From the NCBI RefSeq assembly GCF_963921235.1, contig NC_086105.1, forward strand, positions 99,820,001 to 99,884,000: DNA of 64,000 bases. The letters are read 5' to 3'. Positions 53,043 through 64,000 of the stretch are shown one piece after another. This DNA comes from Mobula hypostoma. Its lineage: Eukaryota. The translations under genes were made by a program, and so were the position numbers. The notes beneath the pieces were generated by a model that was given only the letters and a program-made list of their open reading frames with translations, did no database searches and had not been told where the DNA came from. Positions within the stretch are counted from its first letter, which is position 1; each line of letters starts with the position of its first letter.

Positions 53043-53613
53043 GGGAATAGTTAAAGAAATTAAACAAGCCTACATTGCAACGAAAGGAAATGTCTCTATC
53101 CCGCTATTACCTAACTCCTATATTTAGACTCTTGCATTCCTCCAGTAAAGCTTAACAGAAGTTAATGGAACAGGATCAAAGGATACATTATAGGCTTCAG
53201 AACTCAAAAATTTTAAGTTAATCAACCAATTCAATGTTGGCATCCTATTTTTACTTTCAGCTTTTTTATTTACATCACTTCCAGACATACCTTGCTAATC
53301 TTTCTCACTCTCTAAGCTTGCACCACTATTATTGGTGTCTTTCACTCTCCCTTGGCTTCAACCATCTCAGACATTTTTGTCTGCCTGTCCCTCCTTCCCA
53401 TCTCTTCCACTTAAAACAGTTCATTTTTAATTTTATTCAGTTGTAATGGAAGGTCATTAATTTGAAATGTTGTTAAGTTCTGTCTCCACGGATGCTGTCT
53501 GAACATTTGAATATTCCCAGTATTTTCAGTATTATTTCGTCTATCAAACCTCTGCAGTGATTTGCTTCTGGACAGTAGTTACATATTGTGTTTTACCATC
53601 TGTACAATTCACA

Positions 53614-53998
53614 TTATTGGTCTCTAACTGTGGGAGTTACCATCCTCTGTTTACTAATTTGCTTGTCTGGTTGCTTGGCATCTTCTGGCTCAGCCTTTGA
53701 CAGTTCGTAGTCAGGTAGGTGGTCACCCAGTGTTTGTTCCATGATTCTATCAGCATCAGTTTCTTTCCTGAAGAAGCACCAAGCTAAAAATGCAATTCCA
53801 GCAAGGCTGAAGGGAAGTACTTTCCACAAAGATCTCTGATAACTACTGCCCATGGTTTTCTCCACAGAAGAAACACGACTGGTTGCCTTACTGGTACTGA
53901 ATTTTATGGCTCCAACTTCTTCATTAGTAATGTCCTGTAGTGATGGTTTGTGATCGCCTGGAGCTGTAGAGAAGGAAGCTCTTGCTGCGACGTTCTTT
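53614..53998 (-). CDS. UQCC4: UQCC4/CCSMST1 (complex III assembly factor), coding exon 2
   Basis: tttctcttcag|A acceptor, then ...AIKFSTSKATSRVSSVEKTMGSSYQRSLWKVLPFSLAGIAFLAWCFFRKETDADRIMEQ.... This matches the CCSMST1 pattern I.FS.SKA...MG..Q..WKVLP + TM helix + WC..R.E.. UQCC4 (C16orf91) neighbours UNKL in human. Confidence 0.9.
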
Positions 53999-54364
53999 CT
54001 GAAGAGAAACAAAATCACCAACAGTTTGTCTGAGTAGGCCATTAAACTATAAATTATGCTGGAAAAAAAGACCATCTTTCTCCTCTCCCTAAAGGTGACT
54101 CCATCTCTCAATCCCCTTCTAGTAATCCAGAGAAGAAGCTCTTGCATACGTTTACTGGCTATGAGGATCAGACAGGATTAGAATATGTGCTGTCAAGGGT
54201 GGCCACCCCACGAAACATTTGTTGCCCACAATCTGCATCTTATGTTACATTCAATAGAGTTAATAATTCAAGTTCCCTAGTCACTGACACCGTCCCTCTT
54301 GGCATTGGTTTAAAACACAATGAGGATTTTCGCAAAATGTATTTGCCTCCTAGATAACATCATA

Positions 54365-55815
54365 AATGGCCGTGATGCTTCACTCCCCAAAAGAGCTGAA
54401 CACATGCTTTGAAAGGGAGAATAAAACTATACCTGTGTGAATTCCTGCAGTGTCTGGTGACCCTGTGACATCTGTCACAAAGGCTGATACCAAAACAGCC
54501 TTCAAAAGGGTGAACCCTCACAAGGTGCCAGGCCCTGATGGTGTACCTGGCAGGGCATTGAAAACCTGTTCCAACCAACTGGCTATAGTGTTCCAGGGTC
54601 ATCTTCAGAGTGTCACTCCTTCTGTTGGACGCTCCCATCTGTCCAGAAGAGCAGGGGCAGATGCCTCAGCGATTGCTCAGTAGCACTCCCTCCTACCATG
54701 ATGAAGTACTTTGAGGGGTTGGTCACAGCTAGAATTAACTGCAACCTAGGCAAATTGCAGCGGATCCAGATCCTTGCTTATCCCCACAATAGGTCTACAG
54801 CAAATGCAATCTCACTAGCTCTCCGCTCAGAGAACAGCTAAACCTATATCAGGCTTATTGATTACAGTTAAGCAATCAACACCATCGTCCCATCAGTTTT
54901 AATCAACAAGTTTCAAAACCAGGGCCTCTACAACTGACTTCCACATTGAGAGACCAGTCAGTCCAAATTGGAAATAATATCTCCTCCTTACTGACAATCA
55001 TCACAGGCCCAATTCAGGGATATTTGCTAGGCCCACTGCTATATTCTCTCTACGCCAATGACTGTGTGGCTAGGCACAGTGCAGGCTTCATCTATAGATT
55101 TGCTGATGACACAACTGTAGTCAGCAGAATCTCAAATGGTGCCGAGGAGGCATACAGGAAATTTATAGATAGATCAGCAGATTGAGTAGTGCCACAACAA
55201 CAAACTGGCACTCAATGTTGTCAAGGAACTGAAGATCTATTCTGGGCCAACGTTTTGATGCAAGTATGAAGAAGGCATGCCAGCGGCTATATTTCATTAT
55301 GAGTTTGGGGAGATTTCGGTATGTCACCAAAGACTTGAGCAAATTTCTACAGACGTACTGTGTACAGCATTCAGCTGGTAGCCTCACGGTGTGGTATGGA
55401 GGTGCCAATGCACAGGATCAGAAAAAGCTGCAGAGGGTTGTAAACTCAGACAGCTCCATCATGGGAACTAGCTTCCCTACCATTGAGGACATCTTCAAAG
55501 GCAGTGCCTCAAGAGGATGGCATCCATTATTAAGGACCCTCACCATCCACAGCATGCCTTCTTTTCATTGCTACCGTCAGGAAGGAGGTAGAGGAGCTTG
55601 AATACACATACTTAATGTTTTGGAAATAGCTTCTTCCCCTCTGCCGTCAGATTTCTGAGCAGACCATGAACATGAACATGACCTCACATTTTGCTCTACT
55701 TATTTTTATATATATTTATTGTAACTTATTGTAATTTTTCATGTATTGCACTGTCTGCTGACACAAAATGAATTTCACTACATACTACGTCAGTGATAAT
55801 AAACCTGATCTGATT
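54365..55815 (+). mobile_element. Degenerate Rex1/Babar-type LINE 3' half (in the UQCC4 intron)
   Basis: FKRVNPHKVPGPDGVPGRALK, QGYLLGPLLYSLYANDC...FADDTTVV and KKACQRLYF...LTVWYG. Ends in an aataaacctgatctga tail. Confidence 0.85.
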
Positions 55816-57571
55816 TGCTATATACTAAATCAGGCCATCATCAAGATGGAGTTACATTGCCTATCTTTTGCCAAAAAACTTACCTGTACCATGATTAGCT
55901 CCTAAGCGCGACCATTCTAACGCACTCCTGGCAGCCTGATCATCTGTCTTCTAAATCACACTGCATCTCATTCACCCTATTTTCCTTTCTCAACCACAGT
56001 TTTAATTTTAGTAGCTACACTGTTGCTAATAACTCCTTCCTTAGCCTTGCCTTCTCTTCATGTTACTTCATTCAGGTTTGCAAGATGTCTACTCTCTTTG
56101 AGCCCTGTCATGCTGTTCATCCTTGATTTTAATGATCACTTCTGCAATCAGCTGCCCACACCCTAAGCTCTGCCATCTCCTCCTTTAAGGTGCTCCTCAA
56201 AACTCTGACTAACCTTTTGGTCATCAGTCCAAATTGCACAGCTTGATGTGAAATCTTGTTGATAATGCTTTGGAGCAATTTCGGAATGTTTTGCAAGAAG
56301 TGTTACATTAGGGCAATGGATGTGGTGAATCATAAACTCGCGATTCTGCGACCAGCATTCTATTCCTCTCCATGGATGCTGCATGACCTGCTGAATTCCT
56401 GCAGCATTTTGCCTGTGTTACACTGGATGTGGTGGTTTGAATACTTCATCCAGCAGTCTTGATTAACAAACTGAGGATATAAAGGAGTCCAAACTCAGTT
56501 TTTGGATTACCTGAGATTATAAGTAAACCTGATTCTCTGTAATGGTGGCTCATCTGGTTCACGTTACAGAGACTAGCCTGTGTGTAAACATGAGAAATAA
56601 GAGGACTAGTTCATTAGATTCTTCACATCCAAAGGTTTTTAGTTTCTATGTTGTGCTAAATCCACATTCATTCACTCACATAATATCTACAACTGCTGAG
56701 ACCCACAGTCACAGCAACAGTTATACCTGGAAGTCTTATAAAGCATTTCAATCCACCATATTAAAGTGGATTAAAAATTCAACTGGCCATATCACCCACT
56801 TTTAACTAATATGAACTGATTGCCACGAGGCATCCACACTCAGCTAATGAATCAACACTCTTCCATCTGAAACTACTGAAAGAAACAATGAGTAACACAG
56901 AGATTGAATAAATACTAGGTGAGACATTAATGTCCAAAAGCAAGAATAGAATCACTACTGACCGGATTGACTGAGTCCTGATAGCACAAAACGTATGGGT
57001 GAAGGTGAGGTCGAGCACATTACCTACTGCACACCCAGTCTGCCGTGGGCAGTGTTTAGATAACATGAGGGATAGACATGCTTGACCTCACCTTCACCAA
57101 TATGCACATCACAGACACAACTGCCCATGACAGTGTTTATAAAAGTGACCACTGCACAAAATTCCTAAAAGACTTTTTTGTTAAGGATATAAAACAACCC
57201 TTGCAATTTAAGTCCTGAAGAAGGGTCTCAGCCTGAAACATCGACTGTTTATTCTTTTCCATGGATCCTGCTTGACCTGAAGAGTTCCTCCGGTGTTTTG
57301 TGTGTGTTGATAGCAATTCAAAACTGGGCATTTCAAAGTTCAAAGTAAACCTATTAAGAAAGTACATATATGTCACCATATATAACCCTGAAATTCATTC
57401 TTTTGTGGGAATTCACAGTAAGTACAAAGAAACACAATAGAATTGATGCGAGACTGCACATGACAAGACGGACAAACGACTAATGTGCAAAAGACAACAA
57501 ACTGCAAATACAAAAACAAAAAAAAACATGATAATAAATGAATTAGCAATAAATAGAATATATGAGATGAA

Positions 57572-57892
57572 GAGGAATAGATAGAGTGGGCAGCCAGCGC
57601 CTCTTCCCCAGGGCACCACTGCTCAATACAAGAGGACATGGCTTTAAGGTAAGGGGTGGGAAGTTCAAGGGGGATATTAGAGGAAGGTTTTTTACTCAGA
57701 GAGTGGTTGGTGTGTGGAATGCACTGCCTGAGTCAGTAGCGAAAGCAGATACACTAGTGAAATTTAAGAAACTACTAGACAGGTATATGGAGGAATTTAA
57801 GGTGGGGGGGTTATATGGGAGGCAGGGTTTAAGGGTCAGCACAACATTGTGGGCCGAAGGGCCTATACTGTGCTGTACTGTCCTATGTTCTA
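57572..57892 (+). mobile_element. CR1 3' fragment nested in a minus-strand Rex-type 3' remnant (about 57335-58200)
   Basis: QRLFPRAPLLNTRGHGFKVRGGKFKGDIRGRFFTQRVVGVWNALP, ending in a cctatgttcta tail. Confidence 0.85.
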
Positions 57893-59093
57893 AGAATCCT
57901 TGGAAGTGAGTCCATAAGTTCTGAGAACAGTTCAGTATTGGGGTGAGTTAAATTTAATAAAGTTATCCCCTCTGTTTCAAGAGCTTGATGTTTGAGGAGT
58001 AATAACTTCCAGAACCTGGTGGTGTGGGTCCTGAGGCAACTGTACCTTCTTCGAGATGGCAGCAGTGAGAAGAGAGTATGGCCTGGATGGTGGGGGTCCT
58101 TGATGATGGATGCTGCTTCCCTGCGACAGTGCTCAATGCTGGAGAGGGCTTTACCCGTTATGGACTATATCCACTACATTTTGTAAGACATTTACCCTTA
58201 AAGAGCTGTGCCCATCATGATCTGTGATTTCTTGTCCTTCTATCCACAATCTTCCATTACAATCAAGCCAGCAGATCAATAATAAGTGTAAAAGTTCAGA
58301 AGCCGCACCAGGGAATCAATGAAAATAAGATGTTACCCTGACGAAACGGCATCAAAAGCGAACATCATACGCAGTGCATACTGCAGCTCAGTGACCCCTC
58401 AACGAGTCAATAGGATCAAAACTCTGCAGTCCAGTCACATCCAATCATGAATGTTGGTAGGTGATTAGAGAAGGCTTCAACCTCGACGATGAAGATCAGA
58501 ACCAAAGACAGGGCTGAAGTATTTGCCACCAGGCATACTAAGATGATCTATCTTGGATTCGTCCATAGATCCTCACCAAAATACAGAACAAATCCATCCG
58601 TCTTTATATAGCCAAACATAATCTAGTTCCACATCGTACTGAGGAAACTCTCGAAGGTTCCTCGATATGAGTCGACAAACCTTTAGAATGCCTTCTAATA
58701 CGCTTGAAGATCCCCGGGAAGTGAGACAATCTCCTTTACAACATTGGAGACACAAGATACTGCAAATACAGAATTCTGCTGCAGAAAGAAACAAGGTCCC
58801 GTACGAACTCGGTGGGTCGAGCAGCATCAATAGGATGAGGGAGGGGTGGCTCCCATCTGTTCCATCCAGCAGTTTGTTTTCAGTTCATTTACGATATTCC
58901 CTGGCGTAAAGGTCACAAAATTCAAAATTGATCCACGCCAGTATTAAATTAAATTAAAAATCCCTTCAATCCCAATATTTAATTCTGAAAAGGACGACTT
59001 TCAAGGTCATGTGCTTTAATATACAGTCAGCGATGCCTCCCAACCTCTCAACTCAGTTGCCAAAGTTTCTCAATTGTTCTATAATGCACGCAC

Positions 59094-59185
59094 CTGCGTC
59101 CCGCGAAAGCCGTTCCAATCAGGGGTCCTTCTGAGGATAAAAAGGCCTGTAAACTTCTCGTTAATGTCACACATACCACCATCAT
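59094..59185 (-). CDS. UQCC4: UQCC4 coding exon 1 (probable mitochondrial presequence)
   Basis: MMVVCVTLTRSLQAFLSSEGPLIGTAFAGR then an AG|gtgcgt donor. Phase 2 joins exon 2 in frame to give 158 aa with an R/S/A-rich N-terminus. The assignment rests on phase, splice site and composition rather than on sequence similarity. Confidence 0.7.
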
Positions 59186-59984
59186 TCCCCACACAACTAA
59201 GGAACCGGTCCACTGGTGTACCAGTCCAATCTTCCCCAGCTCCGTGCTTTGCCCGATCTTTGGTTCCGGATACTTCAGCAGAGAGCTGTCACTGAGCACA
59301 TTCGACGGGCATTAATGGCAGTAAACCGGTTAATTTGATCAGGAAAACAGCATTAACGTCTATCTCAGTATCTCGTAAAATGTTATTGTATCCAAATGGG
59401 AAAAAAAGTTTTATTATAATTAGAAATGGATCGCTCTGCCTTGACAAGGTATATTTCGCAAACGGGTAAAACCAGCAGAAATATGTCCTGATTCAACAGC
59501 TATTATTTGTTATAACATCATTAAAGATTGAGATTTTAATGGGGAGAAATGATATTTAACCTTTATTTTCTACCTTCATTTTCTATTCTTATATCTGAGT
59601 TTGGATACAGATTTTTTGATATTTCAGTGTCTCTTCCGTGGTGTGTCACTTATGTGAATGTGTTTTTATTTACATTGGCTTATATGGGGTAAAAACCTAG
59701 ATTTTAAACGCGTATCATGTCTGTTAATTATTTTGCTTGTCAGATATCTTGGAGCTCTCTAGTAGGCAACTAACTTTGGTTGGGATTCCTAGCTTCTTCT
59801 TGGGCAGTCCCATGGGGTGAGGATGATCTATTTCCATTCCTGCAATTCTAGGGTGATTGCTGAGACCAAGGTCGGACCAAGGTGCTTGATGAGGGAAGTG
59901 CTGAGTGATTAGGGAGTAATTGTGTCCACTCTGCTATTTGCAGAGTCAACCCGGACCATCGCGGTTCCCCACCATCCCCACCAT

Positions 59985-60460
59985 TCCCCTACACTGAAGC
60001 GCTGTCACAGGAAAGCAGCATACATCATCAAAGACCCCCACCACCCAGGTCATGCTCTCTTCTCACTCCTGCCATCAGTAAGAAGGTACTGGGGCCTGAG
60101 AGCCCAGACCACCAAGTTCTGGAACAGTTATTACCCCTCAGCCATCAGGCTCTTGAACCAGACGAGATAACTTTGTTCACCACATCACTGAACTGCTCCC
60201 ATAACTGATGGACTCACTTTTGATGACACTTCATCTCATGTTCTTGCTATTTGTTGTTTATTTATTATTATTATTATTTCTCTTATTTATTTGCATAGTT
60301 TGTTGTCTTTTGCACATTGGTTGTTTGTCGTCCTGTTGGGTGAGGTCTTTCATTGATTCTATTGTTTTTCGGATTTACTGTTTATGCCCGCAAGAAAACG
60401 AATCTCAGGGTTGTAATGGTGACATGTATGTACTTAGATAACAAATTTACTTTGAACCTT
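59985..60460 (+). mobile_element. Rex-type LINE 3' fragment between UQCC4 and TOP3A
   Basis: KRCHRKAAYIIKDPHHPGHALFSLLPSVRRY...FWNSYYPSAIRLLN followed by the 3' UTR. Confidence 0.8.
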
Positions 60461-60933
60461 GATACTTCTCCACGTTGAGTAGACATGGGTCAGGAATTTT
60501 CTTGACTAAATGGGGATGTTATATTTGTCATTATTGTTATAATCTGATTCTGATTCAACGGGGGGGGCGGAGTTCTGAACATCCTTGAATAATTGTCCTC
60601 TATAACTGCTTGCTTTTACAGAGTAATCAAAACCTCCTCGTCGCAGATGTTGGCTTGAGAGGGGACAATGATATTGATTCCCTTGTTTTGCAGAATCATG
60701 TGCAGATACTGTTAGTAATCACCTATATTCTGAAGTCTGTGCTGTGGGTAGCCATTATCTCAGAAGATTGGAAGAGAGTGGGGATTTACTGTACCCGGCT
60801 CGAGTTTGTGATCATTAAAGATTGTTTTCCTTGGCGACAGCTGCGGGAGGTGAGCGCCAGGGGGCGCTCGCGGGTAGCGTGAGGCGCCAACGCTGATGGC
60901 GGGGCTGAGCATCGGGCCTGGTCTCGTCTCGGC

Positions 60934-61071
60934 ATGATAGCGGTGCTCAGGCGAATGATGAGCAGCGTTGTGGCTCGCCGGTTGCAGGCCCGTCAGGTGC
61001 TGTGCGTGGCCGAGAAAAATGACGCGGCTAAAGCCATTGCGGAGATCATGTCGGCCGGACGCTTCCGTAGG
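60934..61071 (+). CDS. TOP3A: DNA topoisomerase III alpha, exon 1
   Basis: MIAVLRRMMSSVVARRLQARQVLCVAEKNDAAKAIAEIMSAGRFRR (TOPRIM start VLCVAEKNDAAK), with an AGG|gtaaga donor, in a CpG island. Confidence 0.95.
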
Positions 61072-61310
61072 GTAAGAACCTGGTGTACAGTTTTGACATT
61101 TAGGACATGGAGCAACCACTCACAACTTTATCCCGCCACTATCCTTCCTGGGGAACCTTTCCCAAGCACCAGACTTTACGCCACCATCACCACACTGCCC
61201 TGATTAAGTCAACCCCTGGGTACCTCAAACCCTACAACTAACACAGCGCAGGCAACAGAGTCCACTGCCTCCTCCCCTCCACTCCAGGTTGTTGAAGGAC
61301 TGCCATCTAC

Positions 61311-62900
61311 TCCTCCCCACCCCCATCCTTCACCTCCCACCCCCCCGTCCTTCACACCCACCCCTCACTTCCCACCCCCACCCTTCACCTCCCACCCCTA
61401 TCCTTCAACTCCCACCTCCCCGTCCTTCACACTCACCCCTCACTTTCCACCCCCACCCTTCACCTCCCACCCCTATCCTTCAACTCCCACCCCCCCGTCC
61501 TTCACACCCACCCCTCACTTCCCACCCCCACCCTTCACCTCCCACCCCTATCCTTCAACTCCCACCTCCCCGTCCTTCACACTCACCCCTCACTTTCCAC
61601 CCCCACCCTTCACCTCCCACCCCTATCCTTCAACTCCCACCTCCCCGTCCTTCACACTCACCCCTCACTTTCCACCCCCACCCTTATCCTTTACCTCCCA
61701 CCCCCCGTCCTTCAAACCCACCCCTCACCCCACCCCCACCCCTATCCTTCACCTCCCACCCCCCCGTCCTTCACACCCACCCCTCACTTCCCACCCCCAC
61801 CCCCATCCTTCACCTCCCACCCCATCCTTCAACTCCCACCCCCCGTCCTTCACACCCACCCCTCACTTTCCACCCCCACCCCTATCCTTCACCTCCCACC
61901 CCCCTGTCCTTCACACCCACCCCTCACCCCATCCTCACCCCTATCCTTCACCTCCCACCCCCCGTCCTTCACACCCACCCCTCACTTCCCAGCCCCACCT
62001 CCATCCTTCACCTCCCACACCCCATCCTTTCACCTCCCACCCCTATCCTTCAACTCCCACCCCTCACTTCCCACCCCCACCCCTATCCTTCACCTCCCAC
62101 CCCTATCCTTCACCTCCCACCCCCCGTCCTTCACACCCACCCCTCACCCCACCCCCACCCCTATCCTTCACCTCCCACCCCCCCGTCCTTCACACCCACC
62201 CCTCACTTCCCAGCCCCACCTCCATCCTTCACCTCCCACACCCCATCCTTTCACCTCCCACCCCCTATCCTTCACCTCCCACCCCCCCGTCCTTCACACC
62301 CACCCCTCACTTCCCACCCCCACCCCGATCCTTCAACTCCCACCCCCCATCCTTCACACCCACCCCTCACTTCCCACCCCCACACCCCATCCTTCACCTC
62401 CCACCCCCCGTCCTTCACACCCACCCCTCACTTCCCACCCCCACCCCCACCCCCATCCCATCCTTCACCTCCCACCCCCCCGTCATTCACACCCACCCCT
62501 CACCTCCCACCCCCTATCCTTCACCTCCCACCTCCCGTCCTTCACACCCACCCCTCACTTCCCACCCCCACCCTTCACACCCACTCCCTTCACACCCACT
62601 CCTCACTTCCCACCCCCACCCTTCACACCCACTCCTCACTTCCCACTCCCACTCCCCATCCTTCACATCCACCCCTCACTTCCCACCCCCACCTCCCATC
62701 CTTCACCTCCCCCACAACCCTTAGCTGCTCCCCAACACTCCTTCCCCCTCCCCTTCACCCACCCCTACACCTCTCAACCTCTGTCCCTACTCCTTCTCCC
62801 CTCAGCTCCTGCCCCTACCCATTCCCCCTCAACCCTCCCTTCCCCTCACCCCCTTCCCTCCCACCTGCCCATCCCTCCCCCCATCCTCCCCTCAAAACCC
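61311..62900. repeat. C-rich minisatellite in TOP3A intron 1
   Basis: About 19-nt subunits (ccccrtccttcacctcccac) arranged in 75-bp units at the start, degenerating towards the 3' end. Confidence 0.95.
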
Positions 62901-63194
62901 CTCATCCTTCTCACTCCTCACCCTCCGGAAGGTCTGCCAAATATTGCCACACATCTCCAGGATATTTTCCTACTCTCCCCTCTGGATGTTCTCCTCTCTG
63001 CAGCCCCAAGATCACCACCATCACTGTAAATGGGTGTTCTCTTCCCACTCGACACTGGCCTGAATTATCAAGTCTTGTATCATTTTCTGCAGGTGCTGCC
63101 TGGGCATTTTCTGGGCAAATCATTTTAGATTTTCACTCTAGTGTGGTTTGGTTTGGTACAATGTCAATAACATTCACGTTTTTACTTCATTTAG

Positions 63195-63254
63195 AGAGAA
63201 GGGCTTTCAAAATTCAACAAGATCTATGAATATGAGTGTAATCTGTTTGGTCAG
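63195..63254 (+). CDS. TOP3A: TOP3A exon 2
   Basis: ttcatttag| acceptor, 60 nt encoding REGLSKFNKIYEYECNLFGQ, then |gtatgt donor; in phase with exon 1. Confidence 0.95.
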
Positions 63255-63544
63255 GTATGTTTTTGTTTTTCTATTCCTTTAAATGGAACCTTGCTTGTTT
63301 GATGCCATTCCTTCTCACTGCTATATCTGTGCTGGGGGTGACTGGGAGAAATGAATTGCTCCAACTCGCCTTCCAACTCTTCTTCCCCTCCCCTCCCCTC
63401 CCCATCCTGCATTCCCCCTCCCTACTCACACATTTTGCTAACCTTTATAGCTGAACATGTTTTCATGTTGCTGAATGGTGTGATTTTTGGATAATCGAGC
63501 ACTCATAAAAATGTCCTTCTCCTTCTAGAATGGCAATTGTTTTA

Positions 63545-63965
63545 TTCTAGCATCACATGTACTGAGGTGCAGTGAAAATAGTCACCCATACAGGTCACTC
63601 CAAAACACAAAGTACAGTACATCAAAGCGGTACAAAAAGAATAACAATGCAGAAACTGGTGTTACAGAGAAAGGTCTGGGCAAGGGTCATGATGAGATAG
63701 ACTAGGATGTCAAAAGTTCATCTTTATCAAACAAGAGATCTGTTCCATAACCTTATATCAGAAGGATAGAAGCTGTACTTGAGCTGTGCAGTGTGAGTTT
63801 TGAAGCTCTTGTATCTTCTTCCTGATGGAAAGGGAGAGAAGAGAAAATATCCAAGGTAGGAGGGGTCTTTGAATATGTTGGCTGCTTTCCTGAGTAGGAA
63901 GTGCAGACAGAGTATGTGGAGGGGAGGCTTTTTTTTTATGATGAATTGTGCTGTGTCCACAACTC
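63545..63965 (-). mobile_element. Rex-type LINE 3' fragment
   Basis: KAANIFKDPSYLGYFLFSPFPSGRRYKSFKTHT...SFYPSDIRLWN. Confidence 0.75.
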
Positions 63966-64000
63966 TCGATGTTCAGTTTAAAGAAAAAGTTCTTTTTAAA

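Noticed and set aside
53999-54147. N-terminal 49 aa of the 177-aa ORF as part of UQCC4
   Set aside because: Intronic read-through from a non-ATG start. There is a clear acceptor at 53999 and a phase-compatible exon at 59094-59185.
55884-55950. Possible UQCC4 exon ending in CAG|gtaagt
   Set aside because: It has an in-frame TAA just upstream in the phase needed to join the last exon, and a purine-rich acceptor region.
61289-63229. 646-aa Pro/His/Thr-rich ORF resembling an extensin
   Set aside because: It is read-through of a G-poor minisatellite that rarely forms stop codons. It starts at a non-ATG codon, lies inside TOP3A intron 1 and overlaps exon 2 in the wrong frame.

Overview
This is eukaryotic vertebrate genomic DNA, not microbial. 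The repeat families (young CR1, Rex/Babar, RTE, Penelope, V-SINE-like, Tigger and hAT MITEs) suggest a cartilaginous fish such as a ray; that is an inference. Four spliced genes can be built by hand: UNKL exons 1-2 (minus strand, 29320-28751; the rest lies beyond the left edge behind an intron of more than 28 kb), a complete histone H3.3 gene (plus strand, 47059-50777, 3 coding exons), a complete UQCC4/CCSMST1 gene (minus strand, 59185-53614, 2 coding exons) and TOP3A exons 1-2 (plus strand, 60934-63254). Most of the remainder is transposon-derived, and most ORFs in the supplied track are TE remnants or spurious. The most notable observations are: (1) Penelope-type minimal hammerhead ribozymes, including a 146-bp insert with an 11-bp TSD and an intact-core copy in sense just downstream of UQCC4; (2) an H3.3 gene between UNKL and UQCC4 that is probably a paralogue of the UNK-H3F3B pair absent from that position in human; (3) two young CR1 copies sharing the same inactivating lesions; (4) a four-layer nested composite hAT MITE with a sister copy; (5) uORFs overlapping the start codons of TOP3A and H3.3.
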